A stretch of 59,958 nt of DNA, the filler included, from Sluysia triapertura (Eukaryota), in NCBI GenBank assembly GCA_046118255.1. It is 5 parts of 5 records of this genome, joined end to end, with 100 filler letters (N's around TTAATTAATTAA, not from the genome) between each part and the next. Parts side by side here need not be neighbours in the genome. Positions count along the whole stretch, not along the records: positions 24,602 to 37,642 come from JBJNIA010063748.1; positions 37,743 to 49,012 come from JBJNIA010186580.1; 3 more parts are not named here. The stretch is one strand, 5' to 3'. Made by a program: the position numbers and the translations under genes. The notes beneath the pieces were generated by a model that saw nothing but the letters and a program-made list of their open reading frames with translations, did no database searches and was not told where the DNA came from. Positions 28,180 through 40,933 of the stretch are shown here, piece after piece. Every line of letters begins with the position of its first letter. Position 1 is the stretch's first letter.

Positions 28180-28400
28180 TAATAAAATATATATAATGTT
28201 AAGGAAAATGTACCTAAATGTAGAATCACAAATAATTTAAAATAAATAAAGTATATAATTTACTTTCTTGTTGTATAATCTAAGGAATTTGTGGAAATAA
28301 AAGTCCTATGTTCAAATGGAAATGGATTGTCCGACGGTATTTTTATGGTAAAATCGAATATTTCTCCTTTTTGATTTAAATATTCAAAATATAATTTAAA
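28180..28400 (-). pseudogene. Possible upstream (MNNL/C2) exons of the DSL gene
   Basis: An exon, a ~50-nt GT..AG intron, then GTFSLTL, as in Delta 'WP|GTFSLII'. A stop and the Tc1 remnant follow. Confidence 0.3.
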
Positions 28401-28639
28401 TCGTAATAAATTCTGAATTTATTAATTTAAAAATAAATAATCATGATGAATTAATATTGTTCATATTAAATTTATTCAGTTTAAGCTAGTTAAAGCAAGA
28501 AAATTCTTATTAAATTCATATTTTATTTCTTTTTTACTATTTAGTATGCAATACAAATATTTTCAAATGTTCATATTTAAAAATAATATCAACATCCATT
28601 AACATAACAATAACAAAGATTTCCAGAAAAATTATAATT

Positions 28640-29815
28640 TTTATTTCTTTGACACCTAATAAAGTCTGTTATTTTTAATTGCCTAGATGCTTTTTCTTCT
28701 TGAATTTCATCAGTCAGATCCCATATTTTGTTCGTCTTATCAGGAATATTAGCTTGAAAGTGTTTTTCCAGTTGTTTTTTGCATACTCATAGACTTCGTA
28801 TCTGTCATTACTGCATCTTCTACTGCTTCAACAGAATTATCATTTGTTTCCTCTTCTTCAGAACTTTCTTTTTCATACTTCTCTACTTGATCAAATAAGA
28901 GATGTTCATCAAATTTTGGATTAATCTCAAACATGGAAAATCATCACATTCAGCATTCACTTCTTTAATATACGCTTTTTCGAAAGACTTGGTAAGACAA
29001 TTAAAGATAGTCGTTGGTTTTACACTATTCCATTCTTTCGAAATCCAAACCACTGCTTGATACAAATCAACCATATATTTTGTGTAACATTATTATCTAA
29101 ATTAAAATTCATTGACATGCTCAAAAATGTTTTATATTAGTCTTTGAAACTTTTTATAATACCTTGGTCAAGAGGCTGAATAGGAGATGACGTATTTAGT
29201 GGGAAAAAGAATAATTCGATGTTGCTCAATTCGAAGTCTTTTGAGTGAATATGTGCGTTGTCTAACAATAATAAAATTTTCCGCTGCTCTGTTATACTGT
29301 TCAAATATTTTAACTTATCTTGAAATTTGTTAACATCACCCACGACTTTGTATTCCAAAGGTAGTTTTTCTATGTACAACTCTTTAAAACAACGGAGTTT
29401 CTCCGATCTGCCTATCACTAAAGGCTTTAACTTTTCTCCTAACATATTTACTCCCAAGAGTAGAGTAATTCGATTTTTAGAAAACTTACAAATTGCCTTA
29501 TCCACTTCAGAAATTGAATATGTTCGTTTAATGAACATTTCCAGAATAGTCAAGTTTCGTCACAATTATAAACATTTCTATCTTCATATTCTTATAACTT
29601 TGGCATAGACAATTCTTAAAATTAAGAATATACCTTTCATCCATGGTTTTTGATTCCCCAATAATTCTTTTGACGATATCATATGCCTGGAAAGAAAAGA
29701 ATTAAGCCAACAGTTTGATGCTTTAAAATCATGATTTCCTAAGTGCTATGCTAATTCTAATTTCTTCTGCTGTAATCCATCACCAATGATACTGATATTT
29801 CTTGTTCTCTGAATC
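28640..29815 (-). mobile_element. Tigger/pogo (DDE_1) transposase pseudogene
   Basis: FKASNCWL; KNRITLLLGVNMLGEKLKPLVIGRS; RKILLLLDNAHIH; FFPLNTSSPIQPLDQGIIKSFK; WNSVKPTTIFNC. Confidence 0.9.
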
Positions 29816-30299
29816 TGGACTGCATCAACTTGAAATCCACTACGTAAATATAGTGTATTTTGTGGTATTTGTATGTAAAAGTTATTTAAACCACGTATAT
29901 TTAAGTTAGCTCACACATTCGATTATATACATTAAAAAATTGAAATAATGTATTCAATGATTAATGTAACTCATAATAATTTTATAATAAAATTACTATT
30001 TTAAATAAACTAAAAATATAAAATTAATAAAAAACGATACAAATTAAATTCGATGCAGAAAAATAATAAAATCAAGACTAACTTCATCTGACGAACTGAC
30101 AAACGTACCATTCCTAAATGAATGCTTTTGTTCAATATTTTTTATTTGATGTTTCGATTTGCATACATTGTTACTGTAATAACAATAATAATGATAAATA
30201 TAATAATGATAATAATAATGATAAAAATAATAATAACAATGATAATGACAATAAAAATGACAAATATACCTTTATTACATAATAATAAATTTACATGTA

Positions 30300-30545
30300 C
30301 CCTTAGTTCCACACGTAATATATTCTTCAATATTTTCTGTCGATATTCATCTTGGTTTCCAAATTTTTATTATTTCTAAGAGATATTCAGGACTTCCGTA
30401 ATGTAAGTATTTGTAAATTATTGTCATGATTTTGAATTCTATTCTTGCTTTTATTGGCAACCAATGTAATTCTATAAAGTAACGTGTTATATGAGATCAT
30501 CTTCTTACTTGGAAAAGCATTCTTGCTGATTGATTCATTATTAAC
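30300..30545 (-). mobile_element. L2/CR1-group LINE ORF2 3' end followed by an (ATT)-rich tail
   Basis: SARMLF..ELHWLPIKARIEFKIMTIIYK..GSPEYL. Confidence 0.8.
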
Positions 30546-30599
30546 TGAGATCATTATATACTTTTTTTAGATTGTATCTATGTTCGAATTTTACTGTTA

Positions 30600-32300
30600 G
30601 GTTTGCTGAGCTGAGCTTGTGGTAACATGGACGGTGTCTGGTTGAATTTGGTACTCTACTTTATTTTGAAGATAGTTGCAATAACCATGAGCACGTGTTT
30701 GGGGAACCAGATTCATCCAAAAGAAACTCACTTTCGATTTAGTGGCGACATTTGTAGGAGTTTCGGTTGGTTGTGATTGGTCGTGTGGTTGTAAAATTCG
30801 TAATTAGAGCAAATAATATGTTTTATTTTTATAGTAGTAGTACTGTTGTTTTGAGATATGGGTTTGATAAATTACCTCCATTTGTTATTTGGTTAAACTT
30901 GCGTGGGTCTATTGTTGACTTTGTTTTAATTGTTTTTAAACTGACTAAGGTTTGTTGGGTGTTTCCGTGTTGAATTTCCTTGAATGGTTTTTGCTGGTGA
31001 CAGTTATTGCTTTGTAATGATGATTTATTTGATTATTCTCTTTTTGTTTGATTTGCTTCGGGTAATCAAATATTGCCGTGATGATTGGTTTGGTTGTTAT
31101 TATTTTTATTGGTTGGTTGTTTCTTGCTGATTTGAATTGGATTTGTTATTTCTGACTAGTGATTTGTGTTGAAGGTTTATTTTTGTACTATCTGACATTG
31201 ATTTCCCTGTTGGGCTTTATCCTGGGAAATTTATCCTGGGCGTGTGTTTTAGTAGGGGCGGACATATATACTTACTTAATGCCCAAATAAAATGTGGCCT
31301 ATTTTTAGGGTACTTATTGTTTCACTCATATTTAGCGTATATTTAGCGCTCTTTGGTAAAGAAGGGAGAGATCGTATGATTCCACACCCACAATAATATT
31401 ATCACTTCTATACGAAGGTGTGGTCCAAGTGTATAGTTTATTATTTGTGACGCATTAATCTGAGGCGATAGAGCATATTGGAGATTCGTACATATTTTTA
31501 TTGATAGCACAAATGACGCCTATTTTGTTTTGCAAACTACGCTGTTTTTCTCAGTCGGTTGGTTCGATTTTTTGAACTCGTAAATTATTTTTATCAGATT
31601 TCGCATTATTTTTGTTTTGCGTGTTCCATTTTATTGTTTGTTGTAACTTTGTGCGACAGATACTCAATGCACCCTGTTGGTGTGAAGTGCCCAAATAATG
31701 TGTTTTCTTTTGTGTAGAAATTTTTGGAAATGAAAGTCTGAGTTCTGACATTATGCGACGAGAAGTGCTATCGTCGTTCAGTTGGTGAAGTGATTGTTTG
31801 AATTCATGGATGTTTATTTGCTAAGTTAGTATTGATTTTATGAGTAGGACCTTTTCCGTTTCGAGAACTTCAGTCTGTTGGTCTATACTTTTCATTTGTC
31901 GTTCAAAATATGAATCGTTATATTTGTCTTTTGTGGCATTGCTCTATTGGGAAATTGAGCTGTTATTGATGTTTATCTTGTTACTTATAATTTGCTATGT
32001 TTTTATATGGATCAATTGATTTAAGTTTACTGTTTCGACGTTTTTGTGTTTTCTTGCGCCAATTATTGTTAAAGAATTCTGATGTGTATTGTTAATTTTA
32101 TTTTTCTTGAGTCGGAATTATGAATGTTACTGATGGCGAACAAGCATGTTATTGTAAGTTTGAAATGAATCAATTGGTGATAAAGAGCTGGTCTATGCAT
32201 GTTTCATGGGAAATGTGTCAAATGATTCGTAAAATGTCAGATGTGCGGAGGAACAATAGATTTCGGAGAATCTATCTTTGTTTGTTTTTGTTTTTACATT
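30600..32300 (-). mobile_element. Decayed LINE ORF1-like region (tentative)
   Basis: Strong G/T skew, Q/N/T-rich frames, and STLKIGHILFGH*VSIYVRPY resembling the ORF1 'IKIGY...VRPY' motif. Confidence 0.35.
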
Positions 32301-34539
32301 ATTTTTATTAAGATAATGTTTACTCAACGCCGAATAAAGGGCGGGCAAGCCAGGCGACTGTACGGGCGCTGATATAAAAATAAAATATTTTTTATACATT
32401 CATTATGTTTTCAGATTTTATAAATTAAAATCTATTTCGGTGATGGCTGGTCTCAGTACTAATTTTCTTATGAGTACTTTACTATAACTTTGAAATTTCT
32501 CGCGACTCCCTTTTAAAGAACACTGATAGAAAGAAAAACATTATTTGAAATATGATGTGTTTCGAATAGAACAGCACAATATTTTTCATCATGGTCCGGT
32601 CGCAGTAAACGTCTATGTCGTAAAGAGGACGTTCCTGTAACTATATAAACTAATATTTTATCTAAATAACAATACTCCTCAATGCCCAATTAACAAATTA
32701 ACTATGTATTTAATTGTCCCAAAAATTTATTAATATTCAATAAAATGAAACTGAGAATATCCACTTTTATTTTCCAACAATGAATAAATAAATGTGTTAA
32801 TAACGAGAATTAAATATAAAATTGTATGTGATAAAAAGGACAATAATTAATAATATTTTGATTAATTCGGTGTATGTACGTTGATGAGATATAAACATTA
32901 CGAGTTATGTCTTAAGCCACCACATTCCTGTTTCCCTTTTCCAACAATATTAATGAAGCGTGAGTAACCACTAGAAAGATTTCTTTTGATTTTTCTTCTA
33001 ATTCGAGTTTCTGTAAAATTCTTGAAACTGCTAATCCTTTTATTAAATACAATACAAACAAACACTGATTGAATAATTTGATTAAACTTTTGATTGATTT
33101 ATTCATAGTTATCTGGGACCTTGGAGTTTGAATATCATAATTAATTATTATAGAGATTAACTTACATATGTTTTAAATACGATGATAACGTTACTATGTT
33201 TCTATTGTACTAAATTACCATGTGAATAAGGAACAATAATATACGAGGTAAAAATGGTTTAATGTGAAATTTATTTTAATAAATCGATTTCGAAGTATCC
33301 ATAAACTATAAAAATGAAGTAGGATTTTAATTAATCAAATAATTAAAAATTACAAAATTATGAATTTAAATATATCGTTAATCTGTTTGACTCGAAGTTG
33401 CGTCCTCAATATGAGACAATATCTTTATATTAGGATTAACCTGGAAGTTCAATAAAAATATCAAAGTCTTAAATTCGGGACTTCTATTAATTTAATAAAG
33501 GTATTTATTTAACCCCAACAGAAGTTATGTTCCTTAATTCAAATCAATAACAAAAACTCAATGTTATAATAATTACCAAATCAAATATGATTCGCTATAG
33601 TAAATCTCTGCTTTGACAATAAAATGACTGATTAAAATTAAAAGAATATCAACAACTTTTATAACACTAATTTGTCCAAGAAAAGGCCAGTGGTGACGTA
33701 ACAAAAGTAAAATTTGAAAAATAATATTAATATAATATTTAATTATTTAAATTATTTATATACTAAATATAATGTTTATATACTGTCAAGCAATTCTCTT
33801 CTATTATAACTCAGTGATAAAATAAATTGGGCAGGGAGTCTCCCAAAAATCAAATTGAGTGTATTTAGCTGAATTGAAAAATAATATTTGAATATTTGAA
33901 ATTCCTTAAGACAACATGGATACAAAACATGTTAACAAAACTGAATAAAAATATGCACCCGAAAAAGTATACAATAATAACAAAAAATTTACAAAAATCC
34001 TGCACTTTACAACATTTGTCCTTTAACTGACTGTGTGATTGTGCAGTTGTGCAGTAAAATTTTTAAGTTTTTCAATTTATACTCTCTCATAATCCAATCA
34101 ATTCTAAGTCTCACAATCACACATTTTCTCACACCGGCAAACCGACAATAACTACTTCGATAATTACATGGTACAGTCTGTCAAACTTTATTAAATACAA
34201 AACACAGAGAATTTGATTTATTATCAATCATCATTTTCTTTTACTCTACTCAATATACTTTTACTTAAATTACTCTCACATTAAAATAACAATTAACAAT
34301 ATTGTTAATATGCATAAAAATATGAATTTAATTTCACTTTTTAAAATTTAATTGATTTTCGATTTTTCACACCCAATTTTCTAATGAAAAATGTCTAAGG
34401 TTCTTATTCTCAAACAAACCATTCTATACACATTTCAAACTCACTTCTACATTCTCCTTTTTCATAGCAATCATCTCATATTCAATTCATTATATTTGCA
34501 TAATTCTAAGTATAAAAATTCAACATTTCATAATTAAGA

Positions 34540-35260
34540 ATTATATAAAATTTGACTTTGCTCAATATTAAGGTTTTTCTTGCATGAACTCATTCAAACC
34601 ATACCTTTATCAAAAGGTCTTTTTAAAACAAGTACATACATAGTTTCGAATTTAACATAGAATTAAGCATTCAAAAAATTATTCACAAAACGTACTTTTT
34701 CTTAATTAAGTTATTTAAGATTTTAATTAATTAATCTATTTTTACACTTAATCTTATTTTGTTTAAAGGTTTTATTAAGGTTCTAAATTTATTTAGTAAT
34801 TAATAAGGCATTCATGAGGCTATAGATATTTTCACCTTCATCTCTCTTATTCCTTTTTTTACTTCATGTTAATTATTACCATACTAGATTATTCTTAATA
34901 CCAATAACAATGATTTTATTTTTCAAATATTTTAAAGATTTTAAACACTTTATAAGATTATTCGAAGTTCTCAGATGCTTATCAAGGTTTCAAGAATACT
35001 TAAAGATTCTTGAAGTCTCAGATGATCTCAAAGTTCAAATGTGTTCCAATGCCTATAAAGGTTTATTAGTGTATCTCAAACTTTCACATAGGTCTTTAGG
35101 ACGCCAAGGTCTTCTTTAGTTGTTAACTTTATCATAGATGTTTTTGTTTCCATGATTCTTGTTCCAGCAAAGTTTATAATGTTCAATCCATCAATTTATA
35201 TTAGTTATTCTTTTATTGTATAGTTCTATGTGCTTCTCACGCATCCTCTGATCCACACTT
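34540..35260. repeat. Dispersed repeat (possibly decayed DNA transposon) with further copies at 59160-59889
   Basis: 34540-34770 aligns directly with 59160-59395. 34700-35250 aligns inverted with 59420-59889. Confidence 0.8.
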
Positions 35261-36157
35261 TGTTACAAATCAAATAACTGTTAATTAACTAACTCAATTT
35301 ATGTAGCAATATTAATGAAAAATTAAATAAATATATAAACCAAAACTAATTAATGTTCCCGAAATTAAATCAATTTAATCAATTTAAAACGAAGTAATAA
35401 CGAACTAGCTGGAGTGCTTTATTAAAATAAATTCGAATTTAACGAACAGTTTTCCGGTGAATAACTGTAGACGAAATATATTACTTGGTTCACGATTCCA
35501 ATACTTCTGATGTCTAAGTAGAAGCGAAATCAGCTAGCATTTTTAATCGCATTTATCTCTGTAATCTATAATTAACAAGTAACACACACAATCGACACTC
35601 ACTCATCAAACTAATTTAGATTACATCCGACGAGTTCTTCGCAATATTCTTATTACTTTGCATTGCACAATTAACATTTTGTAACATTATATTTCCTCAT
35701 ACAACCATCACTTCAACTTTTTTATGATTTTCTCTCATTTAACAACTTGTAACAGGTATAACTCATTTTCACTGCATTAGCGTTACGTTCTTTGATCAAA
35801 TATGTGTTAGATTCGGATTAGTTTATCTTCAAGGATTTATTTCCACAAGATTCTTCTTTATCCAACTATTCTGTGATACACACTCCCTAAGTTAACACCT
35901 CTAAATTAATTAAAGTAATATTTTAATTCGTTATCACTGTTAATTTAAATCGCTAGACTTCATTTTTCTATAAACAATATGCCGCAATGTATCGATTTTC
36001 CCAAACATCACTTTAGCCCAAAATTATTTAACAAAACTTATTTTAATTAATTAGATAATTAACAAATGCACTTTTATCAATCATTATTTTAATATTTTCG
36101 TAGCCTCATTATCATCTCCTGTCATACACGAAATATCCATTTATCAGTTTTATTACA

Positions 36158-36179
36158 ATTATTATTATTATTATTATTA

Positions 36180-36235
<56 letters not shown>

Positions 36236-36272
36236 GTTGTTGTTACTATTTTTATTATCATTATTATTATTG
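36158..36272. repeat. (ATT)n microsatellite, imperfect
   Basis: Trinucleotide run. Confidence 0.9.
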
Positions 36273-37642
36273 TAAATAAAGATTGTAAATGATTTAAAAA
36301 TAAAAGCATTCTAAATAAAATTATCTTACATCAGTTACATACAAAAACGCATGATGTATCTACAAGGGTCATTTTTTAATATTCTTATAATAATCTTATT
36401 CACGAAATAACTACTATTTCTAGTGCTTCCTGTGCTGAATTTGCTTGCAACAATGACATTAAATTTGGAGTAAATGAAGAAAGTAGTGAAAATTTCGTTG
36501 AAGAAGTCTCAAAGACTTGGAAACATAAAATCTTGAAGAGATGAAAGGCAGAACAGAAGTGTTATCAAAGGGAAACATACCGACCCATAATATTAATAAA
36601 AGGGAGAGGAAAAGTTAATGAGAAAGAGAAAATTTACCTTGAATTTTAGAATGTGCAGCAGACATATTTGGACCGAACACCTCGGAAAATGTAAATGAGG
36701 AAACACAATCTTACATAAACCGATAAAAAGTGGAAAATAAATGAATATGAATAATTAATTAAAGGTAATATGGCCAAACCAATATTGTAGTTGATCATTA
36801 AATAATATGTACGAGTGATTGAAAGACATTTTAAATAATAATCATTTATTTATTTGACTTACAATTTGTTCGACTTATTCCAATGGAAATTCTATTTATG
36901 AAATCATAAAACTAATAAATCATTAATAAATAATAAAATTTTGAAAATACATAAATTATTGATTGATATTTAAAATAAATTTTTGAATAAATGAATAAAT
37001 AAATAAATTCATAATTTATCTCATCTTAAAGTAGTCTATTTTCGAGAATATTGATGCTAATAAAGTATAAATTAAATCATTGCGGCCACATTGCATTTTC
37101 AAATAAATAACTATCGAACAAGAAACAACACGATTAATCTGGTTTAGTAAAACAATTATAATGCTTAAGATTTTGTATTTAATTCTGAATTAAATTAATT
37201 CTGCATTATGAAATTAATAATAAATTAATAAATTAATTAATCTTTTAATGCATCTTATACGAAAACAAATTAAAAAACAAACAAACAATTAAGTGAATAT
37301 AAGAAAATGTATTTCAAAATTGTGTGGATGGTGTAAATATTGTCTCCATATTATTTTATTTGATGTAAAAATGAAATAATATTAACAATGATTCTTATTT
37401 TGCTTTCCATCCACACATCACACATCCATCAAATTAATGTCGACAAAAATATCGATACAAATTGGAGGAAAATTAATGTTTTCACTGTCACACCGATGAT
37501 GAGATTGAGAAATATATAGTGGGAGACAAAGGCATAAGTGAAATATTCGAGAAAGTTGGTCTAAATAATTAAAATATATTCGGCTACTGTGTTGAAATAT
37601 GAAGTGAAATAAATATTTATTAAAAATTATTATTATTATTAC

Positions 37643-37742
37643 NNNNNNNNNNNNNNNNNNNNNNNNNNNNNNNNNNNNNNNNNNNNTTAATTAATTAANN
37701 NNNNNNNNNNNNNNNNNNNNNNNNNNNNNNNNNNNNNNNNNN
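37643..37742. other. Artificial contig spacer
   Basis: N44-TTAATTAATTAA-N44. Confidence 0.97.
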
Positions 37743-40700
37743 ATTACTTCGTAAGGTCCTTTAAATGGTTTATGTAATTTTGGAGAATATCCTGGTTTCG
37801 CTATTGGATAATCTACTAATACTTTGTCTCCTATTTTAAAGCTATGTTCATTTGTCTTTTTATCATAGTTATCTTTATAGGTTTCTTGAGTATAGCGTAT
37901 TTGTAATCCAGCGCGTTTCCATGCGTCTTGTAAATTTTCTCTCATAATGGTTACATATTATGGGGTTTCCATATATTGTGATGAAGGTGGAACCCAATCT
38001 AAATCTACTGGCATGTTTTAATACCTGCCATACATTAAATAGAATGGTGTAAAATTAGTAGCAGGATGTACCGAACTTCTATATGCAAATAAACATGGTG
38101 ATATATATAAATCCCAATCCTTCTGCCTTTCATTTACATATGATTGTAACATATTTATTAATGTTCTATTAAACCTTTCTACTAATCCATCTGTCTGTGG
38201 ATGGTATGGTGATGCATATATTTTTAAAATGTTAAATATTTTTGCAACTGACTTTATTACTTCACTAATAACATTGGTTCCTTGGTCAGTTAATGACTTT
38301 CTTGGAGTTCCGCATCTATATATTACTTTCTCTACTAATATCTGAGCTACTGTTTCAGCCTTTTGATTTAGTATTGGATATGCTTCTGGCCATTTCGTTA
38401 AATAATCAGCGAATGCTATTATATACTTATTTCCATTTGTTGTTTCTGGCAATGGTCCCATTAGATCCATTGCAGTGAATTTCATTGGAGAGAGTGGTAT
38501 AGGAATAAGTCTTAATGGTACTTTTGTTTTCACTCCAGTATTATTTCTTCTACAAGATATAGCACAATTCTTACACAATTTTTTAATTTCTTCTTCCATA
38601 CTATCCCAATAATATTTATTTTTTATTCTTGATAGTGTTTTAATTGTTGACAAATGCCCGCCTAAGTGACAATCATGGTACTGTATTAATAATGGCGTTA
38701 TTGAAGATTTCGGTACGATTGTTTTCCATTCATCTTTTGAATATACCATCTGTTATTGAAAGCTTGGTCTTCACTTAACAATCCTTTTGCTATTGCTTCG
38801 AATGCATATGGCATTTCTTCATCTTCTCTTTATTATTTCTTTTGGTTCTTCAGCTTTTCCCGAAATTGGCATTATTTGTATAAAATTGACATTTCCCTGA
38901 TCATCTGTATTTGTTAGTCTAGACATACAATCGGCACCATTGTTCATTGACCCTGGTTTGTATATTATTTGTAAATCAAATTCTGCTAATTTTGTAAACC
39001 ATCTATTTAATCTACTTATATCATCTCTGCGGTTGTATAGGTATGTTAGTGGCTCATGATCCGTAATAGATAGTGTCTAAATAGTTTACATGCGCTTACT
39101 TTCGTTAAACATTCTTTTTCAATTGAAGAATAATTAATTCAGCTTTATTTAGTCTCCTACTTCATAAGCTATAAAACCTTCTAAATTTTCTTTATTTATC
39201 TGCCCCAGAATTGCTCATATTGCAAAGTTGCTAGCATCTGTTGTTAGTGTAAATGGTTTGCTCATATCTGGGAACATTAATATTGGTGCGGTTGTTAATC
39301 TTTTCTTTAATTCGATAAATGCCTTTGATTGTTCTTCAGTCCATTTAAATATCACATTCTTTTGTGTTAACATTCTTAATGGTCTAGCTATTTTCGCAAA
39401 TCTTCTATAATATTTTGCATTACATTATCTGGTGGTTATGTACCTTTGTGTGACATTACATGACCTAGAAATTCAATCTGTTCTTCTGCCCATACACATT
39501 TAGTCGGTTTAATCTTTAATCTTGCTACTTCTGGTCTTTTTAGTGTGTGTTTTCAATATCTTTTGAAAATATTATTATATCACCAATGTAAACCATAACA
39601 TTCTTACAACCGGACAATAGGAAGTTCATACATCTTTGGAATGTTGCCGGTGCACCTGTTAATCCAAACGACATTTTTTCGCACTCATATAATTCGTCTC
39701 CACATGAAAATGCTGTTTTATGTTTATCCTTTTCAGCTACTTTAATTTGCCAATAACCACTCTGCAGATCTAATGTGGTACAATATTTAGCGTTTCCTAA
39801 TTTATCTAACATTTTATCAATTCTTGGTAATGGAAATACATCTTTTCTTGTAATTTTGTTTAATTCTCTGAAGTCAATACAAAATTTCATGGTTCCATCT
39901 TTTTCTTGACTAATAGTACTGGTGATGAAAATGGATAAAACCTTGGTCTGATAACTCTAACCTTTTTCATTGTATCTATTTGATCTTTCATCTCCTGTTG
40001 AATGCATAATGGAATTCTGTAAGGTTCCTTTCTAATTACTTTATCTTCTATTAATGGGATTTCATGTTTTATTATAACTGAATCTCCAGTATCATATTTA
40101 TTTCTTGCAATTGCCCAAAGATATCTATAGATAAATTTATATAATGTTTCTTTTTGTTGTTTAGTTAAATTCTTGTTCTTTATTTGTATCTCTTCATAAT
40201 CTTCTTCATCTTCAATGTTTCTTTGTAGTCTTATATTCCTACTTCTTGGTTTATCATCTGACACCATATTTATTTGTGTTTGAAATTTATAATTAACTAT
40301 TTCTCCTAGTGTTGTACCTGCATATAGCCATTTATTTTCATTAATATAGTTTATTATTCTTATTGATATATTTCCATCATTAATCCTACTTATTGAATCA
40401 GCATTTCCTATATTTAATTTCTCTTGATTATTTTTCGAAGCTATAAACATTATTGGACCATTTTTTAAACTGTTTGTTTTTCCTGGTATTATGCATTCGG
40501 TTCTTTTTAATAACCAACGTGGTTCTTCTAATACAACATCATCTTCATCAATTGGTCTATCTGTATAAGTATCCATTAATTTTGCTTTACTAAAATCCAA
40601 TGAGACTCCTTTTAATTGTGATAGTACATCCATACCTAATATCATGTCTTCTGGACATTTTCTCATTACTCTGCATTTTATTTCAATCTTGTTTTGGCCA

Positions 40701-40933
40701 ATTTCACATAATATTTTTAGTACTCCTAAAATTTCAATTTTATCTCCAGTTATTCCTGTTAAATATGAATGTTGTTTGGCTAAATTATTTAATTCTTCAG
40801 TAGTTAATAATGATTCGCGTATTAATGAAGCAACTGCTCCTATATCAACTAAGGCAGGTAACATTCTCCCATTAACTCTCATGCCTACCACGTGTCTTCT
40901 TGCACTGTTATAATTATTATTAGCACAAATCAT
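37743..40933 (-). mobile_element. pol: Ty3/Gypsy pol pseudogene (protease-RT-RNase H-integrase)
   Basis: PR: ALVDIGAVASLI..DMILGMD. RT: FCIDFRELN, FPLPRID, LDLQSGYWQI, KTAF, FGLTGAPATFQR, YIGD (degenerate YxDD). RH: FTLTTDASN, TDHEPL. IN: HDCHLGGH..C..C, MDLMGPLP, TDQG, PYHPQTDGLVERFNRTL, C-terminal KGPY. Frameshifts and stops present. Confidence 0.95.

Noticed and set aside
32880-33045. Possible PTB-domain exon (LAVSRILQKLELEEKSKEIFLVVTHASLILL)
   Set aside because: Pattern resemblance only, with no diagnostic residues.
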